NCBI GenBank assembly: GCA_044230315.1
Contig: JBGARJ010000016.1
Location: forward strand, 14,271 to 78,270
Direction: 5' to 3'
Length of the DNA: 64,000 nucleotides
Origin: Saprospiraceae bacterium
Lineage (GTDB): Bacteria > Bacteroidota > Bacteroidia > Chitinophagales > Saprospiraceae
Part shown: piece after piece, positions 43,279-51,996 of the stretch
How positions within the stretch are numbered: position 1 is the first letter of the stretch
Layout of the letters: each line of letters begins with the position of its first letter
Position numbers and translations under genes: made by a program
The notes under the pieces: generated by a model
What the model was told of the DNA's origin: nothing
The model's database searches: none
The model's input: the letters and a program-made list of their open reading frames with translations, nothing else

Positions 43279-43428
43279 TCATAGTCCGCAGGTTTTTGCA
43301 AACCGTTGAAAAGAAAACCTGGGGCACGTTGTTGGCGAGGGCGCCAGCAAGGGCGTTAAGGCTTGATTTCCAACGAAATGCCACTGTTGGCATCCTCAGC
43401 AAGAGCAAGACGTATCGGGGATTATACC
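43279..43428 (+). repeat. dispersed structured repeat, copy B (most diverged)
   Basis: AGTCCGCAGGTTTTTGCAAACCGTTGAAAAG...GTTGTTGGCGAGGGCGCCAGCAAGGGCGTTAAGGCTTGATTTCCAACGAAATGCCACTGTTGGCATCCTCAGCAAGAGC aligns with copy A in the same orientation. Confidence 0.8.
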
Positions 43429-43596
43429 CGTCGGAAAGTGGTTTTCCACTACCGGACTACTGAAATCTGGCACTGACTGGAAACCTGATATGCTGGAGTT
43501 GGTATATAAAAAAAGGTCCCTGCACTTTATTCCTCCTGCATCCGCACAAGGAAGATGCTGCAAGGACCTTTTCATCCAGGTATGTGCTACTGGCGC

Positions 43597-44247
43597 TCAG
43601 CCCGCCCGGCGCAATCCGCCGAAATAGAGCTGGATGCCAAGTGATACGGCAAACTGGTTGGTCCGGGTGGTAGTCTCGCGGGTGATGCCGCCTTGGGTGG
43701 TATTGAAACGGCTGCGGGCAAAATTGTATTTGAACAGGGTTTCAATCCCGATGGCGTCGTTCGAGAAGATGGTAAAGCCTGGCCCGGCGCCAAAGGCGAT
43801 AATATCGGTGCTGATGTTTTGCGGCTCACCGTCGATGATCAGATCGTCGGACGATGTACCGAATCCGAAGTTACCTTCCAGGAAAACGGCTTTATCGCCC
43901 CCAAAAGGCAGGTAGTACCGCATGAAGGGGCCGAACAGCAGGTCGCTGTCGTCATTCTTGTCGGCATTGGGTTGCTTTTCCCGGCTGAAGGTGTAATCGA
44001 GGCCGACGCCCAGGGCGTAATTTTCAAACAGGAAATATCCGACGTGGGGAGCGATGTTCCATTGGAATGATTCCGGCCCTTCGCCTTTAGCGCCGCTTTG
44101 TGAAATGGTGGACGTGTTGGAGGAAAAGCCGATCGCAGAACCGACCAGGAAATTGCCGCGCTGTGTAAAGTGCTGCGCCTGGATATGTATAGACAGCAGG
44201 ATGAAGGCAAATACCCCCACAACTGCTTTACGAAAGATCTGTTGCAT
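43597..44247 (-). CDS. outer-membrane beta-barrel (OmpA-N/porin-like) protein
   Basis: Signal peptide ending IQAQ, alternating beta-strand pattern, and a C-terminal aromatic-rich strand SLGIQLYFGG. Confidence 0.7.
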   Translation of the reverse strand: MQQIFRKAVVGVFAFILLSIHIQAQHFTQRGNFLVGSAIGFSSNTSTISQSGAKGEGPESFQWNIAPHVGYFLFENYALGVGLDYTFSREKQPNADKNDDSDLLFGPFMRYYLPFGGDKAVFLEGNFGFGTSSDDLIIDGEPQNISTDIIAFGAGPGFTIFSNDAIGIETLFKYNFARSRFNTTQGGITRETTTRTNQFAVSLGIQLYFGGLRRAG

Positions 44248-44373
44248 ATGCCTGATTTAAATTGGTGAAGGATACCTGCAAAAGGAAACTTTCTTTCCTC
44301 CAATTCAAATGATGCACATCAAAACGCGCCTTGATCTAGGTCAAAAGGGCTTCCGCCGCAACAAGCGCCCTAA

Positions 44374-44931
44374 GTTCGACTTTAGCCATTTGGCATATCA
44401 GTGCCAATGATCAAAGGTTTAAAAATCAATTCGTTGATTATCAACTGCATCTAGGCTTTTGTAATTTTTGAATGTCGGTAAAAAACAGCGATGTTCAAAA
44501 ATAGAGGCAGCAAAAATCAAACGTATTGGTAAACAGCAGTATGGCTCATCCACAAATGGCTAAAAAAGCGATTACGAGGCTGTATGAGGCGATCTGATTG
44601 GATTTAAACACCTCATTGACCTGTCGTGATATGGAAGTTTTGTGAAAGGCCATGCGCCGGATGTCTCTCTCGCCTTCGGCGGATCGACATGACAACGCAT
44701 TGATATTCAACCATATTTATCAGATTTCTCGCGTTGCTCGAAATTCCGGCAGGGCGCGGGGAAATTTCGAGCAACGCGAGAAATCCGTTGGAAATAATTG
44801 ATTATCATGCGATTGTCATGTCGATCCGCCGAAGGCGAGAGAGACATCCGGAGCATGACATATTGTTTTCAAAATACGACCTGCATACCCGAGAAACGCT
44901 TTTTGTGTTTATGAAATGGCTAAAGTCGACC
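44374..44931. mobile_element. MITE-like non-coding element with 16-18 bp terminal inverted repeats
   Basis: GTTCGACTTTAGCCATTT (44374-44391) matches the reverse complement of AAATGGCTAAAGTCGACC (44914-44931) at 17 of 18 positions. TAA is present on both flanks. The element is AT-rich, has no credible ORF, and has a third partial end AAATGGCTAAAAAAGCGA at 44554-44571. Confidence 0.45.
44657..44851. repeat. nested 195-nt palindrome (39-bp perfect outer arms, 23-bp perfect inner arms)
   Basis: The outer arm 44657-44695 is the exact reverse complement of 44813-44851. The inner arm 44723-44745 is the exact reverse complement of 44763-44785. The loop is 44746-44762. Confidence 0.95.
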
Positions 44932-46829
44932 TAATAAGCCCGCTCGTCCCGTTTTTCCATAAAATTCATAAACGAACGGTTCACAACGCGGTTGCCGCCG
45001 GGGGTGGGGTAACGGCCGGAGAAATACCAGTCGCCGAGGTTTTTGGGGCAGGCTTTGTGGAGCCCGTCGAGGGTCTGGAAAATGATCTGCACTTCCGGTT
45101 TGATATTTTCAGGCGTCACCAGCCGAGCGATGCGCTGGCTGATTTCGCAATACCCGAAATGGTTGTACAGGGGCACTACTTCATTTTGGATCATCTCGGG
45201 GGGCAGGTGTTCGGAGGCTTTGCAGCGCTGGTATGTTTCCTGCAGTAAGTGATCCCGGCCGGTTTCGTGGAGCAATTGGACGAGAGCCTGGAATGCCACA
45301 AAATCGCTCATCTTGCTCATATCGATGCCGTAACAGTCGGGAAACCGGATTTGCGGCGCGCTGGACAGGATGATGATCTTCCTGGGGTTGAGCCGGGCGG
45401 TAATATTGACGATGCTGTCGCGCAGGGTGGTGCCGCGTACGATGGAGTCGTCGAGCAGCACCAGGGTGTCCTGGTTGTTTTCCACCAGGCCGTAGGTCAC
45501 ATCGTACACATAGCTGACCATGTCGGTCCGGCTTTTCGTGTCGGCGATAAACGTGCGCTGTTTCTCGTCTTTATGCACCAGTTTTTCCACGCGCGGGCGG
45601 CGGCTCAGGATGGCGGCGAGTTTTTCCGGGTTAAATTTTTTGCTCTCTTTTAATTTGAGGATTTGATCGTGTTTCCAGGCGTTGAGGGCTTCGTCGAGCC
45701 CTTCTGCCAGGCCGTAGAACGCCGCTTCTGCCGTATTGGGGATATAGGAAAACACCGTATGGTCGAGGTCAAAATCCACGGCTTCGAGCACCGGCCGGGC
45801 CAGGGCGGCGCCCAGGCGTTTACGTTCCTGGTAAATTTCGCGGTCGTTGCCGCGGCTGAAGTAAATGCGTTCGAAGGAGCAGGCGCGGTTTTCGCGCGGG
45901 TCGGTGAACGGCAATTCGCTGATAGCGCCGTGGCATTTGATAATGAGCGCGTGACCGGGCTTGAGTTCGCGGACGGTGTCGAATTTGACATTGAACACCG
46001 TCTGGATAGCGGCGCGCTCGGAGGCAGCCACCACGATCTCGTCGTCCTGGTACCAAAAGGCAGGCCGGATGCCGTTGGGGTCGCGGATCAGGAAGGCGTC
46101 GCCGTGGCCGATGAGCCCGCCCAGCACATATCCGCCGTCGAATTTTTTGCAGGCGCGGCGCAGCAGGCGCTGGATATCGAGGTTTTCGTAGATGAGTTTG
46201 TTAATATCCTGGTTGGAGTAGCCGTCCGGTTTGTACCAGGTGTGCAGGCGCTGCACCTCGTCGTCGAGAAAATGGCCCATTTTTTCGAGCACCGTAACGG
46301 TATCGCTTTTTTCCTTGGGGTATTGGCCGAGGTCGACGAGTTCCTGGAACAGTTCGTCCACATTGGTCATGTTGAAATTGCCGGCCAGGAGCAGGTTGCG
46401 GTTGATCCAGTTGTTTTGGCGGTGAAAGGGGTGGACGCGCTCGATACTGTTGTCGCCGTGGGTGCCGTAGCGCAGGTGGCCCATGAGCACTTCGCCGGCA
46501 TAAGGCGCGTTGGTTTTGAGCCACGCGGTGTCGTCGAGGTGTTCTGGCGGCAGCGCCTTGATGCGGCTCCACACCATATCGAACAGGTCGGCGAGGTAGT
46601 TCGGCGCATTGCTGCGTTTGCGGCTGATGTAGCGGTCGCCGGGGGTGGGGTTGAGTTTGATGGTGGCCAGGCCGGCGCCGTCTTGCCCGCGGTTACGCAT
46701 TTTCTGCATGAGCAACTGCAGTTTCTGGATGCCATAGAAGGCGGTGCCGTATTTTTTGTGGTAATAATCAAGGGGTTTGCGCAATCGCAATACTGCGATG
46801 CCGCATTCGTGCTGGATCGGGTCGCTCAT
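44931..46829 (-). CDS. purF: amidophosphoribosyltransferase (long class II glutamine amidotransferase type)
   Basis: N-terminal MSDPIQHECGIAVLRL (nucleophile Cys) and the PRTase motif LVLLDDSIVRGTT. 632 aa. Confidence 0.93.
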   Translation of the reverse strand: MSDPIQHECGIAVLRLRKPLDYYHKKYGTAFYGIQKLQLLMQKMRNRGQDGAGLATIKLNPTPGDRYISRKRSNAPNYLADLFDMVWSRIKALPPEHLDDTAWLKTNAPYAGEVLMGHLRYGTHGDNSIERVHPFHRQNNWINRNLLLAGNFNMTNVDELFQELVDLGQYPKEKSDTVTVLEKMGHFLDDEVQRLHTWYKPDGYSNQDINKLIYENLDIQRLLRRACKKFDGGYVLGGLIGHGDAFLIRDPNGIRPAFWYQDDEIVVAASERAAIQTVFNVKFDTVRELKPGHALIIKCHGAISELPFTDPRENRACSFERIYFSRGNDREIYQERKRLGAALARPVLEAVDFDLDHTVFSYIPNTAEAAFYGLAEGLDEALNAWKHDQILKLKESKKFNPEKLAAILSRRPRVEKLVHKDEKQRTFIADTKSRTDMVSYVYDVTYGLVENNQDTLVLLDDSIVRGTTLRDSIVNITARLNPRKIIILSSAPQIRFPDCYGIDMSKMSDFVAFQALVQLLHETGRDHLLQETYQRCKASEHLPPEMIQNEVVPLYNHFGYCEISQRIARLVTPENIKPEVQIIFQTLDGLHKACPKNLGDWYFSGRYPTPGGNRVVNRSFMNFMEKRDERAY

Positions 46830-46862
46830 GGTGCGGGAAAAAAATTAGAAGGCCGGTTGCCG

Positions 46863-46870
46863 CAAAGGTA
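46863..46870 (-). promoter_or_regulatory. putative -7 promoter box TACCTTTG for purF
   Basis: Matches TAnnTTTG on the minus strand, about 34 nt upstream of the ATG. Confidence 0.35.
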
Positions 46871-47119
46871 CGACGCCGTCCGAAACAGTGCGGGGTTGGA
46901 ATGGTTGTTTTTACGGTCGGGATTTGAAAAAGGTTTGAAAACCGGCCCGTACAGCGCGCCAATACATCGGGTAATTCCATACGCCCGACTTTTGCATCCG
47001 TATTCAACCCGTTAGAACCAACCTGCAATACCCATGCAACCCGACTCCCGGCAAACAAATTCGGCCCGACAAAGACAGCCTTGACGCCCCACATCGAAAA
47101 TCAATCCTGATATTTGCAC

Positions 47120-47266
47120 GTTACAATAGCCCGGTACATTTTGCTGCTGGCGAGGACGCCAACAGCGGCATTTCGTTGAAAATCAAGCCTTAACGCCGTT
47201 GTTGACGTCCTCGCCAACAACATGCACCAGGCTTCCTTTTCAAGGGTTTGCAAAAACCTGCCGGAA
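47120..47266 (-). repeat. dispersed structured repeat, copy C (inverted relative to A and B)
   Basis: The reverse complement reads ATTCCGGCAGGTTTTTGCAAACCCTTGAAAAGGAAGCCTGGTGCATGTTGTTGGCGAGGACGTCAACAACGGCGTTAAGGCTTGATTTTCAACGAAATGCCGCTGTTGGCGTCCTCGCCAGCAGCAAAATGTACCGGGCTATTG. This closely matches copy A. Confidence 0.85.
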
Positions 47267-47426
47267 TACTGCACGTCAGAAACCGTATGAAAATCATGAC
47301 CGGGCAGATGGGCGTATCTTTTGACACGGTCCGTCGGTTATCTTTGGGCGCACGACTATTCCCATAAATATCAGCCTTGCCGGAGTTTTCAGACGATTCT
47401 TAGCATAGTTCAATCTGCCGCATATC

Positions 47427-50030
47427 ATGGAAACCAATCCGTCCGTCAAAAAGCGCCGCCCGCTGTGGCTGCGCATCCTGCTGATCTCCGTCATCAGCCT
47501 GGCGATCCTGTTGCTGCTCCTGGTGGGTACGGCCGCAGTTTTCAGCAGCCAGATCACCCGCCGGGTGCTGGCCGAAGTGGGCAAAAACCTCAAAACCGAG
47601 TTGAAGGTGCGCGATGCCAGCCTGTCGCTGCTCAGCGGCTTCCCGAACGCCTCGGTCAACCTCGCCGACGTCCAGATCAAGGACGCCTTCGGCGGCGCCC
47701 TGCTCGCCGCCCGCGAAGTGTCGTTCCGCTTCGACCTGACCAGCCTCTTCGGCGACCGCATCGAGATCAAACGCATGCGCATCAGCGGCGGCGGCATCCG
47801 GATCCGGATCAACGAGCGGGGCAAAGCCAACTATGAAATTTTCAAAGAAACGCCGAAAACGCAGGCGCCTTCCAATGCCGGCGATAACCTGCGCATTGCC
47901 CTCGACAACGCCGAACTGAGCAACCTCCTGGTGTCGTTTCAAAACCTGAAAACCCGGCAAATCGCCGAAGCCAACCTGCGCAGCGCGGGGTTTGCCGGCA
48001 ATTTTGCGGCGCAAAAATTCAGCCTGTCGAGTCAGGCCGATTTTACCGTTTCACGCCTGCAATTGCAAGACAGCCGCTACCTGCTCGGCGAAACCGTGCG
48101 CTACAACGCCGTGATCGCCGTGGACCTCAGCAAGGACCTTTACGACCTGCAAAGCGTCGACCTCAACGTGGGTGGCAACACGTTTGCGGTGGAAGGCATC
48201 GCGGTGAATAAACCCGACTACACCGACCTGAACCTGAAATTGGTAAGCAAGGAGGGCGACGTTTCGGTGGTGTTCGACCTGCTACCCGAGCCCTATCACA
48301 GTTACTTCAACGATTTTCAGAGCAGCGGCACCTACACCTGCTCCGGCTTTGTGAAAGGCCGCGCCGGCAAAACCATGACGCCCACGGTGGGGGTGGAAGT
48401 GAGCCTGCGCAACGGCAGCCTGAGCTCCGAAAAACTCCAAAGCCCCCTGCGCAACGTGTCGTTCCGGGCCGTGTACAGCGCCCCGCCCGATGGCTCAGGT
48501 GTATTTGAGATTTCCAATTTTCAGGGCAGTTTCGGTGGCCAACCCCTCAGTCTCAACCTCAAAATTACCAACCTCGACGACCCCGATGTGAATTTTGAGT
48601 GCCACGGCGCGCTGCCCATGGATGCTGCGTATGGGTTGTTCGACAGTCCGGAGGTGACCGACGGCGACGGATTGGTACGGCTCAACCGGCTCTCGGTGCA
48701 GGGTAAATACGCGGATATGACCGATATGAGCCGCATCGGCGATGTGCGCGCCAGCGGAGAAATACAGTTTGAAAACGCTGCGGTCACCTATAAAAACGTG
48801 CCGCTCAGTCTGAAAACCGGCTGGTTGCGCGTGGAAGACAACCTGCTTACCCTGGACAGCCTGCTGCTCCAGGCCGGCCGAAGCGATTTTGCGCTCGATG
48901 GCAGTGCGCGCAACCTGCTGCCCGTGCTGTTTGCCGATTCGCTCAACTCGACCGATGCCTTGCTCGAATTCGTGGCCAAGATGCGCACCCAAACACTCGA
49001 TGTGACCCAGTTGCTCGAGCTGTTTTCCGTATCGGAAGATGCCGCGAAAGGCGGCCAACCCGAACTGGATTCGCTGCGCACGGCGGGCAACATGAACCGG
49101 CAGCGACTGACCGACAAACTGAAAGGCGTCTTCGAAGCCACCATCGGAACGTTTCAATACGGCAAGATCGACGGCAGAAATTTCTTTGGCCGGCTGGCCT
49201 TCGACCACAACCAACTCGTCGTGAAAGGCGATGCCGAAACCATGCAAGGCGCCGTCAAACTCGACGGCATCGCTTACTTTGCCATCAGCCCCACGCTGAA
49301 AATGCGCATCACGGCCAACAACATCGATCTGCGCACCTGTATGGAGCAATGCGAAAACTTTGGCCAGGCTGTCATCACCGCCGACAACCTCCGCGGGCGC
49401 TTATCGGGCCGGGTCGTGCTGTACGCTTTCTGGAACGAACGCAACGAGTTTTTACTCGACCAATTGAAAGCATACGCCGACGTGACGGCCACCAACGGCG
49501 AACTCGTCAACCTCAAAATGCTGGAAGAGTTTTCAACCTTTGTACATATCGAGGACCTGCGCCAGGTGAAGTTTACCACGCTCCAGAATTACCTGGAGAT
49601 CAGCAACCGGCGGCTGTACCTGCCAGCGATGTTTATCCAGAGCAACGCCCTGAACCTCACGCTTTCGGGTACCCATACGTTCGACAACGACATCGATTAC
49701 AAGATCAAGGTGAATGCCGGCCAGGTGCTGCTCAACCGCATCAAACGCCACGATCCCGACCTCGAACCGCTGCCGGCCGAAAAAGGGTTGTTCAATGTGT
49801 TTTACACCATCGTCGGGAACCTCGACAAATATGATATGAAACGCGGCAAAAAAGCCGTCAAAGCCGAATTCGAACGCAGCGAGGCGCGTAAAAAGTTAAT
49901 TGCCACGGCGATCGACAACGAGTTCAAGGGGGTAGATACCCGCCCGACCGGCGAACACGACGACACCGAATACCTCGACGAGATCACGGGCGGCAAGGGC
50001 CGGCCGGGAGCCGTGCAGGAGCAACATTGA
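47427..50030 (+). CDS. AsmA-family outer-membrane biogenesis protein
   Basis: N-terminal anchor RRPLWLRILLISVISLAILLLLLVG, an AsmA-like N-terminus (ELKVRDASLSLLSGFPNASVNLADVQIKD), and an AsmA_2-like C-terminal part. Confidence 0.8.
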   Translation: METNPSVKKRRPLWLRILLISVISLAILLLLLVGTAAVFSSQITRRVLAEVGKNLKTELKVRDASLSLLSGFPNASVNLADVQIKDAFGGALLAAREVSFRFDLTSLFGDRIEIKRMRISGGGIRIRINERGKANYEIFKETPKTQAPSNAGDNLRIALDNAELSNLLVSFQNLKTRQIAEANLRSAGFAGNFAAQKFSLSSQADFTVSRLQLQDSRYLLGETVRYNAVIAVDLSKDLYDLQSVDLNVGGNTFAVEGIAVNKPDYTDLNLKLVSKEGDVSVVFDLLPEPYHSYFNDFQSSGTYTCSGFVKGRAGKTMTPTVGVEVSLRNGSLSSEKLQSPLRNVSFRAVYSAPPDGSGVFEISNFQGSFGGQPLSLNLKITNLDDPDVNFECHGALPMDAAYGLFDSPEVTDGDGLVRLNRLSVQGKYADMTDMSRIGDVRASGEIQFENAAVTYKNVPLSLKTGWLRVEDNLLTLDSLLLQAGRSDFALDGSARNLLPVLFADSLNSTDALLEFVAKMRTQTLDVTQLLELFSVSEDAAKGGQPELDSLRTAGNMNRQRLTDKLKGVFEATIGTFQYGKIDGRNFFGRLAFDHNQLVVKGDAETMQGAVKLDGIAYFAISPTLKMRITANNIDLRTCMEQCENFGQAVITADNLRGRLSGRVVLYAFWNERNEFLLDQLKAYADVTATNGELVNLKMLEEFSTFVHIEDLRQVKFTTLQNYLEISNRRLYLPAMFIQSNALNLTLSGTHTFDNDIDYKIKVNAGQVLLNRIKRHDPDLEPLPAEKGLFNVFYTIVGNLDKYDMKRGKKAVKAEFERSEARKKLIATAIDNEFKGVDTRPTGEHDDTEYLDEITGGKGRPGAVQEQH

Positions 50031-50043
50031 AACAAGGCCTCCG

Positions 50044-50709
50044 CTACTTCTTTTTCTTGAAATCGCCGTTTTTCCAGGCTTGGAAAAACTGGGCCCAGGC
50101 CAGCGGGCTGAAGATGTTCATGGGCGGCGTCTGGCCGATATAGACGTATTCGCGGGCTTGCTGGCGCAGGTAAAAATTGGCGCTTTCGCGGCCGCTGGGC
50201 GGCACGATATCGGGATTTTTCCGGGCTTCGGCGAGGTATTCGTTGGCCACATTCTCGGCGGCAATGCGCTGAAGCTCGGGCGTCACATCCATTTTGAGGA
50301 ACTCGATCTTGAAATGTTCTTTCGACGGCCAGGGGAAAATGACGGCTTCCGGGAGCGTGAGCGTGTCTTGCGCCATGATCTGCACAATCGAATAGCGGTC
50401 CTGCGTCAGGGTATCGGGCACGGTTTTGGTCACCGGGTGAAAGCCGATGCAGTTGAAGCGGATGACGTCGCCTTTTTCGACCACGATGGTAAAAAAACCG
50501 CGGTAGTCGGCATAAGTGCCGCGTTTTTTATCGGGCAAAAAGATGCTGGCATAGGGCACCGGCACCATATTGCCATCCATGTTGGTGATGACCAGGCCTG
50601 AAAACTGGATTAGTTTCTTCCCCTCCTGCGTGTTGTTTTGGGGTTGCTGGGCAGCAGCGCTGCCGATGAGGAATAAGGTCAGGCAAAGGACAAGAATCGA
50701 GCGTATCAC
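50044..50709 (-). CDS. secreted carboxypeptidase-regulatory-like (CarboxypepD_reg) domain protein
   Basis: Signal peptide MIRSILVLCLTLFLIGSAAAQ, then QFSGLVITNMDGNMVPVPYASIFLPDKKRGTYADYRGFFTIVVEKGDVIRFNCIGF. Confidence 0.7.
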   Translation of the reverse strand: MIRSILVLCLTLFLIGSAAAQQPQNNTQEGKKLIQFSGLVITNMDGNMVPVPYASIFLPDKKRGTYADYRGFFTIVVEKGDVIRFNCIGFHPVTKTVPDTLTQDRYSIVQIMAQDTLTLPEAVIFPWPSKEHFKIEFLKMDVTPELQRIAAENVANEYLAEARKNPDIVPPSGRESANFYLRQQAREYVYIGQTPPMNIFSPLAWAQFFQAWKNGDFKKKK

Positions 50710-51145
50710 TGCATGTTGTGTTTATCGTGAACGGATGGCAACAGTATTTCGGGGCGGTTTGACAAAGGTACACAGCACTAACGCTTGGTTAGTGGCAATG
50801 TTTCGGCAAAGATGCGGCGGCTTGCCGGATTTTTATACCCGGTGAAAAGCAGGGCAAGGCAATTGCCGGCGCCATTTTTCGCCATATTTTCTCAAAAACC
50901 GGGCCGCCAGGTGTTTTCCCTGCCTCAATCACTAGCGAACGGCGGGGCGGTGCTTTCCCAAACGCAACAGCCGATCAATCCGCTGCCGGCTATCGCGTGG
51001 CATCGTGTCCCGGCAGTGCCGGCATGCGCGGGCGTGCCAACCGTTTTCCGATCCTATCTGCCGTATTTTGTTACCTTTGCCGCCAAATACGATCTAAACG
51101 GGCGGAGCAATCCAGTCCACCCTTCAATTAAACACGATATTTTAA

Positions 51146-51667
51146 ATGTTTCGCAACACCACTTTTCTCCTGGCAGCCCTCGTGTTCGGCGCCATTTCCC
51201 TTTCCGCGCAAACCGGCCCGTCCAAATACGGCCACATGAACCTGGGCAATGTGCTCAGCGAAATGCCGGCCACGGCACAAGCGGATAAACAACTCCGGAT
51301 TTTTGCCGACAGCCTGAGCCAAAAAGACAGTTTGATGACCGATGCCTTTCAGGCGGCCTACCTGCAATTAAAAAAAGAATACGAAGAAAAAAGCCTGACA
51401 GCCGTGCAGGTGCAACAACGGCAGATGGAATTGGAAAAGCAGCGCCAGGCTATTCAGGATTTTGAAAAGGCCGCACAAGAACAGATTGAAGCCAAACGGG
51501 GCGAAATGCTGAAACCGATCTTCGACCGTATCGAGACGGCGATCCAGGAAGTGGCCAAGGAAAACGGATTCCTGATGATCTTCGACATAGGAACCGGCTC
51601 CATGTTGTTTGCGGCCGAATCCATCGACATTACGCCGCTCGTCAAAATGAAACTTGGATTGCCCTGA
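51146..51667 (+). CDS. OmpH/Skp-family periplasmic chaperone
   Basis: Signal peptide, a long helical Gln/Glu/Lys-rich middle, and a C-terminal FLMIFD...ITPLV segment. Confidence 0.85.
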   Translation: MFRNTTFLLAALVFGAISLSAQTGPSKYGHMNLGNVLSEMPATAQADKQLRIFADSLSQKDSLMTDAFQAAYLQLKKEYEEKSLTAVQVQQRQMELEKQRQAIQDFEKAAQEQIEAKRGEMLKPIFDRIETAIQEVAKENGFLMIFDIGTGSMLFAAESIDITPLVKMKLGLP

Positions 51668-51996
51668 ATGGGCTATACCGCGCCGTAAAAAGGCCTCGGA
51701 TGATTTGCATAAGGGGACTGTCCTGACCGGGCAGCCCCCTTAACTATTGCATTAAGCAGCGGGAATACGGCCTGCGGCAGGCTTTTGACCGTAAAATAAC
51801 AGCCGAAACGTACCGCTTGCGCGGACTTTTTTAGTTTTGCGCTTCGTTTAACTCCAGCCCGGGCTTTTACCGGGCGGAATGCAGTTGGCGCATAAACGGG
51901 AGTTCCGGTCATTCTTTGATGCCGGAGCCCATCTTTCGCGCAAACCGCGTTCCGGCGGGTAACCTGAAAGCCGAGCATTTTCCTAAACACATCTCC

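Noticed and set aside
44734-44934. 66-aa ORF inside the palindrome/MITE-like element.
   Set aside because: It begins in the loop of the palindrome and has no coding-like composition. It ends inside the terminal inverted repeat.
39284-47266. Inverted repeat copies A and C considered as the ends of a composite transposon or genomic island.
   Set aside because: The enclosed segment contains housekeeping purF. A third copy lies inside it. There are no transposase or integrase genes and no target duplications.
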